Source: an uncultured bacterium (lineage in GTDB: Bacteria > Planctomycetota > SZUA-567 > JAKLDR01). Taken from it: 64,000 nt of DNA. How positions within the stretch are numbered: the stretch's first letter is position 1; each line of letters begins with the position of its first letter. The notes under the pieces are model-generated. The model was not told the origin of the DNA, ran no database searches, and saw nothing but the letters and a program-made list of their open reading frames with translations. Position numbers and translations under genes: made by a program. Location: positions 2,131 to 66,130 of the forward strand of contig CALGYR010000091.1 in the NCBI GenBank assembly GCA_937935355.1, in the 5' to 3' direction. Shown here one piece after another: positions 9,531 through 18,002 of this stretch.

Positions 9531-9629
9531 CGTGGCCGGATGTTCCCGTTGGGGAAACGAACGCGCCCGAAGCGCACCAAGCTGGTGCGAGGTTGCACAA
9601 AAGACCCCTGTGCAGTGGTGCAATCGGCG
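9531..9629. promoter_or_regulatory. Conserved upstream element, copy A
   Basis: 54/68 ungapped identity to 17434-17501; contains the perfect palindrome CGCACCA-AGC-TGGTGCG (9573-9589). Confidence 0.75.
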
Positions 9630-9643
9630 GTGCTGACAGGCGC

Positions 9644-10993
9644 TCAAAAGACCTCCGGAGTCGGTTCCTTGGGCTGCAGAGGCGGCTTCGGTTTGCGCGC
9701 GGGGTCGTCAGGTGCCTTGACCTCCGGGTGCTTGGCGACGGGCACCGCCGGTTCGGCCTGGCTCCAGCGGCCGTCGAACCGGCCCTCGATCACCACCGAG
9801 TCGTATCGGATGCCTTCCTGCCCCTTGCAACCCAGGGCCACGGAGCCGGCGGTCAGCACCTCGTCGTCCGCAGTGAACAGGAGCTTGCCGTCCATCTTGA
9901 CGTAGATGGCCTTACCCTTCCGGCCCATGTTGATGGTGTAGAGCTTGCGGGGGTCGTAATCGCCCTGGAAGCTCCACATCTGATCGCCCTTGGCCCGGCG
10001 GCCGATCACCCGCCGCGCTTCCCAGTTCTTGCCGTAGTCCGAGTTCATCAGGAACGTGTAGGTCTGCTGCCGGCAGTAGTGGGCAATGTGAACGCTCAGG
10101 CAGTCGTTGTCCACGGGGATCAGTTTCACGGTCACGTCCACATCACCGGCGAAGCCCGCGCAGGTGGCCAGCACCAGGGCCATGTAGTCTTCGTTGTTGC
10201 TCTCGTTGCACTTCTGGACCAGCCAGCCGTCCTCGATTGCCCACTCGCCCAACGGGTTGATGGCGTACCAGTCCTTGAGTTCGTCGGCCTTGGCGAAATC
10301 GTAGGTCAGCCGGTACTTGCCGCCATCGAGCTTCTCGACCTTCGTCGCATGCAGCCGGGCGAGGATGTCCCCGTCGGTGAGCGTTTCGGGCAGAGAGAAG
10401 CCCGGCTTGCCACGGAAGGCTTTGCAGATGGCGCCCAGCGCCGCCCGGCGCTTCTGCGCGGCGGCCTCGGCCGAATCGGCGGGGAAGTCCATGAGCACCG
10501 GCAGGAAGCTGAGCCCGTCAGGGTTGGCACTGAGCGCGAAGACTCGCCCGCCGGCGACCTCGGCCTCCCACTTGGACTTGCCTTGGGCGGGCGTTTCCGT
10601 CCAGCCAATGGCGAACTTCTCCAGGAGGTCCTTCCCCTCGGCCACAGCCACCCAGGTCTTCAAGACCGAGCCACGGAGCACGTCGCCCTTGATGAGATCG
10701 TCCACAACCACCTGGCAGACCAACACGTAGTAGGTCTTGTTGGCCTGGACCTGCAGCTTGGCCTCCGGTTCCGGAGACAAGCGGCGGATGTTGCCGTCGG
10801 CGTTGACGGCCGTCGCCTCTTCGGCGCTGAACTTGACCTCCTCGATAGCCGTGCCCTTGACGCGGCCGGCGAAGGCGATGTCGGCTTTGTCGATCAGGGC
10901 TACCGTCGGGTCCGGGGCCGCTTCCCCGGCGAAGGCCACGGCAGAGAGCACCGAGCCGAAAAGTACACCCGACAACCGCAACGCTCGACGCAT
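9644..10993 (-). CDS. Exported protein with C-terminal LamG/DUF1080-like beta-sandwich
   Basis: Signal peptide MRRALRLSGVLFGSVLSAVAFA; WAIEDGWLVQ...DVDVTVKL...IYVKMDGKLLFTADD...GSVALG...IRYDSV. Confidence 0.7.
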   Translation of the reverse strand: MRRALRLSGVLFGSVLSAVAFAGEAAPDPTVALIDKADIAFAGRVKGTAIEEVKFSAEEATAVNADGNIRRLSPEPEAKLQVQANKTYYVLVCQVVVDDLIKGDVLRGSVLKTWVAVAEGKDLLEKFAIGWTETPAQGKSKWEAEVAGGRVFALSANPDGLSFLPVLMDFPADSAEAAAQKRRAALGAICKAFRGKPGFSLPETLTDGDILARLHATKVEKLDGGKYRLTYDFAKADELKDWYAINPLGEWAIEDGWLVQKCNESNNEDYMALVLATCAGFAGDVDVTVKLIPVDNDCLSVHIAHYCRQQTYTFLMNSDYGKNWEARRVIGRRAKGDQMWSFQGDYDPRKLYTINMGRKGKAIYVKMDGKLLFTADDEVLTAGSVALGCKGQEGIRYDSVVIEGRFDGRWSQAEPAVPVAKHPEVKAPDDPARKPKPPLQPKEPTPEVF

Positions 10994-11003
10994 CCTGATG
11001 CCC

Positions 11004-11948
11004 TTACGGCGCAGTTGGGGCCTGCGCCTTCTGGCCCCTGGCCTTGTCCAAGCGCTCCAGGGCCGCCTTGCCGGCGCGCTGGAGGCGCACAGAGGATAAC
11101 TTGGCGGCTTCCTCGAAGGCTGGCCGACTCTCCTCGTCGCCCCACTGGCTCAAAGCCACGATGGCTGCGATGCGAACGACCTCGTTTGAGGCGCGGATGT
11201 GCTTGCGAATCTCGGGCATGTATTCCCGCAAGTCCAACTCCTGGACGCAACGAATAGCAAGGTCGCGCACTGCGTCCGCTTCTGGCCCGGGAGCCGTCAA
11301 CCACGCGGCGGCGGTCTCCTGGCCCTTCTGGTCGCACATGCGCACCAGAGCCAATAGGGCCTCGCGGCGCACCTCAACGTGGCGGTCTGACAGCGATTGA
11401 TGCAGTACGGTGACGATCTTCTCGCGCTCGTCAGCGCCGGCCTTCTCCAGTTGCTGCCATAGATGCTGGATGCAGAAGGATCGGAAGCGCGGCCCCTCCG
11501 CGGGGTTCTTTAGAACGTTGATGAGGTCATCCGTCAGACCTGCATCGTCCGAACGCCGCAGGAGATTAGCGGCCTCGTTACGCACAGCGTCATCGTCTTG
11601 AGGATCCCGCAATACGTAACGCACAGCGTCCAGATCTTCTTGGTGTTGCACCCGAGGTAGGCGCTGCGCGAGATCGGGCACCATCCGTTCGCTAACGGAC
11701 TTTCGACGATCCACGAATGCCGCAACACCAGAAGTTGCCGCTTGCGGCGGCAAGGGTTGAGGCCCAATTCCTGAATTGCTTTGCTGCCCGTCCGTCTTGG
11801 TTGGCAAAATCGGACTCGAAACAGACGGGCTTTCGCCATCTCTTGGCTTAGTGCCCTGCGGGCACCCTTTTAGCATGAACAACCATGTCAGTGCGGCCGC
11901 CGCCAGGAGGACTGCAAGAGCTAACCCAAGAGCCGCACGATTCCTCAC
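11004..11948 (-). CDS. Membrane-anchored HEAT-repeat protein
   Basis: GTG start after AAGAGAGG; TM helix; repeats VRNEAANLL, VRREALLAL, VRIAAIVALSQWG. Confidence 0.75.
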   Translation of the reverse strand: MRNRAALGLALAVLLAAAALTWLFMLKGCPQGTKPRDGESPSVSSPILPTKTDGQQSNSGIGPQPLPPQAATSGVAAFVDRRKSVSERMVPDLAQRLPRVQHQEDLDAVRYVLRDPQDDDAVRNEAANLLRRSDDAGLTDDLINVLKNPAEGPRFRSFCIQHLWQQLEKAGADEREKIVTVLHQSLSDRHVEVRREALLALVRMCDQKGQETAAAWLTAPGPEADAVRDLAIRCVQELDLREYMPEIRKHIRASNEVVRIAAIVALSQWGDEESRPAFEEAAKLSSVRLQRAGKAALERLDKARGQKAQAPTAP

Positions 11949-11952
11949 GAGT

Positions 11953-13395
11953 CTAGGTCTCGCCTCTCTTATCCCACCACGAGCGTATTCTTTTCTTGGC
12001 CTCTGCCAGCTTCGTAAGCCATTCGCTGAACTCCTTCTTGTGCTTGTCGTCGGCCGAAATGTGTTCGCCAATCCGAGATACTGGCGTTGCATCTTCAGGC
12101 ACCTCGAATGACTTGCCAGAAATGCGCTCAATCGCCTTGGCCACTGCCCAAGAGACTTCTGTCGGGTTGCTATCCAGAAGACCGATGAGTGGAGCGAGGG
12201 CATTTTCAGAGCCAATATCTGCCAATGCCCCAGCGGCCAACCGACGCACGCCCGGCGTACTCTTCTCCTCCCCGACTATGCCGAGCAGAAGGGGAACAAA
12301 TTGGCGATCTCCTTTCTTCCCCAACAACTGTATTAGGCTGCTTTGCACGGCCGTGTCCTTTTCATCACGAACGGCGACGGTCACGGTATCATCTGCAAAC
12401 CCAAGCATAAAGATGGCCCGTGCCACATCGCGTCGCAGATCCTGGTCCTTGGCCGAGCTCAGCACCTTGCTCAACTTGCCATAGAGTTGCCGCTCGACCT
12501 GCGCCCAGTCCGCAGCCTGCCTAGCGTTCTTGAGCAGCGAATCCTCAGCCACCGCCTGAGCAGCTGCTCTGGCAACGTCGATCTTCTTGCTTTCGATGTG
12601 CGTGGCTATGTTCGATATGGCCGGCGCGTAGCCCATCTCTCCCAGAAAACGGAGCGCTGCAACCACCACCTCGTCTCTGGTGCTGGAAAGACAGCGCGCA
12701 ACCCGAGGCGCCGCTTGCGCTGCTTTCATATCCCTCAAGGCTTCGATGGCGGTATCCATCCTAGAAAGCTTGTCTTCTTCGTCGTCCAACATCTTCGCCA
12801 CTATCGCCTCAGCGCGCTTCCCGCCAACACTCCCGAGAGCCCTTACAACATCATGGCAGACAGAACCGTCATTCACGAGCTTTTCAAGTATGGGGACCTC
12901 ATCTTCGCCGCCGATCTTTCCTAGGGCAGCTACGGCAAGACGCCTCTTGTGTCGGATGGCGAAGTCCGGGCCCTTGACCTCGGTGCCCTCCGCTATTGCC
13001 GCCAACCCTTTCACCGCCGCAGCGCCTCGCACCTTCTCGATGACCTCTGCCAGCATCTGTGCTCTTGAGCAGGGAGGAGGATCATCACGAAGTGCTCTCA
13101 AGCACGGTTCCACGATCAGAGGCCCCATTTGGACCAGTGCGTCGGCTGCCACCTTTTGAACATTCCACGGATTACCAACCCCGAACGTCTCGATCAGTTT
13201 GGGAGCGCTGCCAGGCCCCATCGCTGCTATCTGACGCGCGATCTTGCCACATTCATCGGGTGATGTCTCGTCCGTGACTTTGGAGAGCAGAACGGCTGCC
13301 TTTGCAGTGCTGTCTTCCTCCGCTGCAATTACCCCCCCGTGCGCGGCGCTCAACGCGCAAAGGCTCAGAATAATGCTCTTCGCGGTCCGAGACAT
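11953..13395 (-). CDS. Exported HEAT-repeat protein (putative partner of the 1269-aa protein)
   Basis: ATG 13395 after GAAGGTG; signal MSRTAKSIILSLCALSAAHG; many HEAT/PBS-lyase repeats (AVAALGKIG, VRRLAAGALADIG). Confidence 0.82.
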   Translation of the reverse strand: MSRTAKSIILSLCALSAAHGGVIAAEEDSTAKAAVLLSKVTDETSPDECGKIARQIAAMGPGSAPKLIETFGVGNPWNVQKVAADALVQMGPLIVEPCLRALRDDPPPCSRAQMLAEVIEKVRGAAAVKGLAAIAEGTEVKGPDFAIRHKRRLAVAALGKIGGEDEVPILEKLVNDGSVCHDVVRALGSVGGKRAEAIVAKMLDDEEDKLSRMDTAIEALRDMKAAQAAPRVARCLSSTRDEVVVAALRFLGEMGYAPAISNIATHIESKKIDVARAAAQAVAEDSLLKNARQAADWAQVERQLYGKLSKVLSSAKDQDLRRDVARAIFMLGFADDTVTVAVRDEKDTAVQSSLIQLLGKKGDRQFVPLLLGIVGEEKSTPGVRRLAAGALADIGSENALAPLIGLLDSNPTEVSWAVAKAIERISGKSFEVPEDATPVSRIGEHISADDKHKKEFSEWLTKLAEAKKRIRSWWDKRGET

Positions 13396-13406
13396 GCTCA
13401 ACACCT

Positions 13407-16400
13407 TCAATTGTCCTTGACCTTGACAAGCGATAGACCGGTCCACGTCCGCTCAAACACCTTTCGCGACCCGTCCCAGATCGTGAGCTTGGCATGCATC
13501 TCGATAGTGTACGTTCCTGCCGAAAGAGGAGGTATGGGGGCCAATCCCAGGAAGGGGGCACGGGTTTGTGTTGAACTCCCAGGTGGAATTGCGGGATGAC
13601 TGGTTTCCGCGAAGGTCCTGGGTGAGGGCACGTTCGAGATCAACTGGACTACCATGTCGGATGTCAGTGCCCGGCCAGTGCAATTCAATATTTCTATCGT
13701 AGCATTCCCCTGCGCTCCTATCTCTTCGCCCACAACAAACTCAGCCTTGTTAGGAATCGGGGCGGCACTGATTGATGTAGCCTGAGCTTCTGCCTCCGAG
13801 GCAACTATTAGCCTTTCGGGGAACAGATGAGCATCTACGCGGATGTCGAACCGCCCGGCTTTTTCACCTGCCTGAACGTCGAACTTCTGAACAAGAGGGT
13901 TTTCCTTGGTCGTATTGGCTTTGCAGACTACCGCATCACGCAGGAACTGATTCTTCTGCCCTTTAACCAAGAAGCCTGGGAAGTCGGGCCCTACTCCTGC
14001 TGGGTGGATGCTAATGGTGTGTTTGCTATCCTTCTTCGCCGCCGTATGCACCTCAAGTTTACCTTGCGCATTCAAACAGAGGAGTTTATAGAAGACTCGC
14101 GCGAGGGACTTGTTGCCATTCACGTTTCCTTCGCGCGCGATCTCTACCCATCCTGAACCGTGCTGTTTGACCAAGATGTTGAGGCAGTAGGAATCTTCGT
14201 TCTCTGGGATTTCAAGTCCATAATCGTATTCGCCAACGGTCTCCCCGGTTTCGCTGTCAAGAACTTGAACAAAGTCATCTGATGCAATCTCGAAGGATGT
14301 AACCCCACCCGTGAAAGTAGATGTGGAAGCGAACATCTCGAATCGCACAGTCACGCCTTCGACAAAGGGGCGGATCGTCAGTTTTGATGTACCGGTGTTG
14401 CTATCCATGTCAACGATAGCTGACCAACGTGCCGGGACATCTAGCGTAAACTCATCTATCCCTTGCCCCGCCAAGGCCGGTCCATTGGCTCCTCCGATCC
14501 TCGCGGTGAGCACCGGCGTTCCGCGCAGCTTGGGCTTCAGATTGAGGTTCGCGCCGTTGGCGGTGTAGCTGGCAACGGAGGCGTCGAGCCAGAAGGTATC
14601 CGCCGGCTGGAACGTGACGTTGACGGCCTCGGCGGCCGGGCTGACCAAAACTTCCTTCGGCCGGGTGTAGTTCACCTGGCAGGCGATGGGCCCCTGCAAG
14701 TTGACGGACACCACCACAACTGTCATGGACCCGACCTCGCTGCCGTCAATCTTTGCCGTCACGGTGAAGCTACCGGCGGTGTTGTAGGCTTTGGCAAACT
14801 TGTCGCCGGGAGCACCGGACAACTCAAGCGTGCCGTCGCCATCGCCATCGATCAGAAGAGCAGTGCCCGATCCTGTCGCGGTCAGCAGCAAACTGTCGCC
14901 CTTGCGAATGCGGACGGTGTCCGTGCTCCAGGATTTGCCGGTGAGGTCGGTCGACGCCCAGGTGATGTTCTGGGTGGCAACGTTGGACTCGCTGAAAGCA
15001 TTCTGGGCGGTTACCTGGACGCTCGTCGCCGCGGTCGAGGAGAGGGTTACGCCGAGGGACGCCCCGCCGGAGGACGCATTGTCGGCAAACCACTTGACCG
15101 GCGTCCACCGCGTGGCCGCGAATGCCGTCCCGCCGTTTACGACCACGCTGACGCTGTTCACGTCGCCGCTGTTCGTGCCCTCCACCCACGCCGGGCTGGT
15201 GATACTCTCGGCCGGAGTCGTGATGGCCACCTGCGCCGGGGAAGTGAAGATGACGTTCTGGTTGTTGCCGGAGTCGGTCGAGTAGAGGGCGACCAGCGGC
15301 CGGCCCTCTGAGGCGTTGGCGTCCTTGATGTCCGCGTAGCGGGCGGTCTGGTAGTCGCCGGAAATCAGCCGCCAGGGCTGGCCGGTCGTGCTGGCGCGCA
15401 GACTGAGGAGGTTCCCCGCCGCGCCTTGAAGATTCAGAACCCCGGCGACCTGCTGAATCTTGCCGCTCTCGAAGGTGAGCGTGGCCGCGCTGGCGACGGT
15501 CTTGGTCAGGTTGCGGAAGGTGTTGTTGCCGCTGACGGTCTGGTTCCCGCCGTCGAGGATGACGGTGTTCAGGCCAGGCTGGAGCGTTCCGGCGTTCGAC
15601 CAGTTGCCGGCCACGGCGATGTTCTGGCCGGCACAGGCCAGGGTGCCCGCGCCGATGGCCAGGTTGCCGTTGACGTCGAGCGCCGCGGCATGGGTCCACT
15701 TGGCCGAAACGTAGCTCAGGTTGACCTTGACGACCTTGCCAGTCCAGTTGTCCGTGGCGAAATAGGCGAAGCCGGAGGCCGGGTCGATGCAGGCCGTGTC
15801 CAGGTATTTCTCATTGTAGCCGAAGGTCACCGAGTCGGTGCGCGTGAAGTCCGAGAGCTTAACCTTGATGACGCTGCCGGGATTGGTGTAGGTGCCGAAG
15901 TAGGCATAGCCGCCGGCCGCATCCATGACCGCCGAGTAGAGTTCGTTCTCGCCGGTGTTCATGGCCAGCGCCGCGTCGCGGGTGAAGTCCGAGAGCTTGA
16001 CGCGGACCACCTTGCCCGGCGATGTCCGGGTTCCGAAGTAGGCGAATCCGTTGGCGGCGTCGATGACCGCGTTGCGGATGCGGTCCTCGCCCGTGTTGAA
16101 GGTCAGCGTGCCGACCTTGGTGAAGTCGGACAGCCGGACCTTGACCACCTTGCCGGGGTAGGTCTGGAGGCCGAAGTAGGCGTAACCGGCCGCGGAGTCC
16201 GTGCAGGCACCGAGAACTTCGTTTTCGCCGGAGGCCAGGGTCAGCGCTGACTCGCGGGCGAAGTCGGACAGGCGCACCTTGACGACGATGCCCGGGGAGG
16301 TGCGGGAGCCGAAATAAGCGTAGCCATTGGCCGCGTCAAGCGTCGCCGCCCAGAGGTTGTTCTCGCCGGTGTTGAGGGTGATGGCGCCTACCCTGGTGAA

Positions 16401-17216
16401 GTCCGAGAGCCGGATCTTGACGACCCGCGCCGGCGAAGTACGGGTGCCCAGATACATGAAGCCGTTCGCGGAGTCCATCACGACCGCGGGGCCGACGTCG
16501 TTCTCCCCCGAGGCCAAGGTGAGCGAACCCACGCGGGTGTAATCCGAGAGCCGGACCTTGGCGATCTTGGCCGGGGAGTTCTTGCTCCCTATATAGAGGT
16601 AACCCGCGGCCTGGTCGATGGCGACCATGTCCGCGTACTGCTCGTCGGAGTTGCAGACGAAGACCGCCGAGCGGCTGAGGCCGCCAGGAGGAGTGAGGGT
16701 CAGGTTGTGGTAGGAGGCGACCGGCGCGCCTGCGGCCAGGGCCACATCGTCGCCGCCCTTGTACTCGACCGTGTTCGGCGTGTTGGTGGTGGTGTCGAGG
16801 GTGCCCGCCCCGGACAGCGGCTCGCCGGAGTCGGTCAGGAGCAGCTTGCCGTTGGCCCCCAGGCGGAACGTGCCGTCCAAGAGCAGGGAGCCGGTCATCG
16901 TGGTGACGCTGGCGGCCTGGACGACGACCCCACTATATGAGGAAGCAACCTCGATGCGGTCCACTGTGACGTTGGTGTCGAGGGTGCAGTTGCCGACACC
17001 GCCCCCATCGAAGAATGCCTTGTCGCCGCTCTCCGGGACCGTGGCCCCGCCGGCTCCGCCTGAAGTAGCCGACCAGTTGGCGGTGCTGCTCCAGTTCCCG
17101 GCGCTCGCCGCTACCCAGTAGCGGTCCGCCGCCTGGGCGACCGAGCCTCCGAACAACAAAGGCATCCCAACGAAAAGAGCAGCAACGATCACCACTGTCC
17201 GTTGAACACGGCTCAT
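13407..17216 (-). CDS. Giant secreted protein (~1269 aa): adhesin-like N-terminus, 7-blade beta-propeller, Ig/PKD-like domains, unrecognised C-terminus
   Basis: GGAGGAGGTG before ATG 17216; signal peptide ending AQA; YWVAASAGNWSSTANWS; 46-aa repeats. Confidence 0.85.
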   Translation of the reverse strand: MSRVQRTVVIVAALFVGMPLLFGGSVAQAADRYWVAASAGNWSSTANWSATSGGAGGATVPESGDKAFFDGGGVGNCTLDTNVTVDRIEVASSYSGVVVQAASVTTMTGSLLLDGTFRLGANGKLLLTDSGEPLSGAGTLDTTTNTPNTVEYKGGDDVALAAGAPVASYHNLTLTPPGGLSRSAVFVCNSDEQYADMVAIDQAAGYLYIGSKNSPAKIAKVRLSDYTRVGSLTLASGENDVGPAVVMDSANGFMYLGTRTSPARVVKIRLSDFTRVGAITLNTGENNLWAATLDAANGYAYFGSRTSPGIVVKVRLSDFARESALTLASGENEVLGACTDSAAGYAYFGLQTYPGKVVKVRLSDFTKVGTLTFNTGEDRIRNAVIDAANGFAYFGTRTSPGKVVRVKLSDFTRDAALAMNTGENELYSAVMDAAGGYAYFGTYTNPGSVIKVKLSDFTRTDSVTFGYNEKYLDTACIDPASGFAYFATDNWTGKVVKVNLSYVSAKWTHAAALDVNGNLAIGAGTLACAGQNIAVAGNWSNAGTLQPGLNTVILDGGNQTVSGNNTFRNLTKTVASAATLTFESGKIQQVAGVLNLQGAAGNLLSLRASTTGQPWRLISGDYQTARYADIKDANASEGRPLVALYSTDSGNNQNVIFTSPAQVAITTPAESITSPAWVEGTNSGDVNSVSVVVNGGTAFAATRWTPVKWFADNASSGGASLGVTLSSTAATSVQVTAQNAFSESNVATQNITWASTDLTGKSWSTDTVRIRKGDSLLLTATGSGTALLIDGDGDGTLELSGAPGDKFAKAYNTAGSFTVTAKIDGSEVGSMTVVVVSVNLQGPIACQVNYTRPKEVLVSPAAEAVNVTFQPADTFWLDASVASYTANGANLNLKPKLRGTPVLTARIGGANGPALAGQGIDEFTLDVPARWSAIVDMDSNTGTSKLTIRPFVEGVTVRFEMFASTSTFTGGVTSFEIASDDFVQVLDSETGETVGEYDYGLEIPENEDSYCLNILVKQHGSGWVEIAREGNVNGNKSLARVFYKLLCLNAQGKLEVHTAAKKDSKHTISIHPAGVGPDFPGFLVKGQKNQFLRDAVVCKANTTKENPLVQKFDVQAGEKAGRFDIRVDAHLFPERLIVASEAEAQATSISAAPIPNKAEFVVGEEIGAQGNATIEILNCTGRALTSDMVVQLISNVPSPRTFAETSHPAIPPGSSTQTRAPFLGLAPIPPLSAGTYTIEMHAKLTIWDGSRKVFERTWTGLSLVKVKDN
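15718..16640 (-). repeat. Seven 46-aa (138-bp) beta-propeller blade repeats
   Basis: YAYFGTxTxPGKVVKVRLSDFTRxxxLTLxxGENxxxxAxxDxAxG repeated seven times. Confidence 0.88.
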
Positions 17217-17355
17217 CCGGCACCTCCTCCAACAAGATGTCCCGCGAGTTGCGGCGGCCACGATTCTATTCGTCGCCTTTGGTTTGCGAGCCTGGGCTCC
17301 CATCGGCATCCCCCCGAGCCACCGCTCTGCACATCCCAAGGTGTTGAGTAGGCGG

Positions 17356-17383
17356 ATTGTACTTCCCGGCTGGCCGTCGTCAA
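17356..17383 (-). promoter_or_regulatory. Sigma70-type promoter for the 17216 operon
   Basis: TTGACG-N16-TACAAT on the minus strand. Confidence 0.6.
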
Positions 17384-17433
17384 ACGAAATCCCGGAGGAA
17401 ACCGAGAGAAAACGCTCCGAAAGACGTGCGGCG

Positions 17434-17542
17434 CGTGCCCGGATATTCCTGTTGTGGAAACCGGCGCGCTCGAACTGCACTACGTTGGTGCGAAGTTGCA
17501 CCGCAGTTGTGCAAAAAACCTTGTGCAGTGGTGCCGTCGGCG
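17434..17542. promoter_or_regulatory. Conserved upstream element, copy B
   Basis: Paralogue of 9531-9629; TGCACTA-CGT-TGGTGCG (17476-17492) and TGCACCG-CAG-TTGTGCA (17497-17513). Confidence 0.75.
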
Positions 17543-17790
17543 ATCTTTCGCGGTTCGAAAGCGCGCCTCGGAGGCACCTATCCGGGCGCCTACTTCCACC
17601 TGACGAACCATGTGGCGTCGTGGCAGTACCGCTCGCCATAGGGGCAAACGATGGGGCCGAACATCGTGTCCTGACGATGGGACGCGTGTTCCAAGTGGTA
17701 GGCTCATTCGGCCATCCGGGAGGTCATCCTGGCCATTTGGGGCTGCTCACCTGCCAAACAAGACGAGAGCCGAAAGCGGGCGAAAACGTC

Positions 17791-17818
17791 TTGCCTTGCG
17801 TGAGGCGGGACTTACAAT
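17791..17818 (+). promoter_or_regulatory. Possible sigma70-type promoter for 18003
   Basis: TTGCCT-N16-TACAAT. Confidence 0.45.
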
Positions 17819-18002
17819 TGCGCGCGTTGAGTTATCCGGCGCAGCACGCGCCGGATTCATGGGAACGTGCGAGGCGACCATCCATGCCAACCAGGTCGCT
17901 GTTTTCTGCCTGTGTGCGTGAGCCTTTCTGCCGTCCTGATTATGTCCAGGGCGGCCCCGTGAGTCCATCTCTTGACGAGAGCGTTGCCGGGAGGACAGAG
18001 AA

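Noticed and set aside
5080-16640. Regularly spaced DNA repeats that could suggest a CRISPR array
   Set aside because: Degenerate in-frame coding repeats (NHL 141 bp, propeller 138 bp); no identical direct repeats with unique spacers, and no cas genes.
17217-18002. Sigma54 promoter paired with the NtrC-like palindromes
   Set aside because: No properly spaced GG-N10-GC found by eye on either strand; the enhancer-binding-protein assignment stays tentative.
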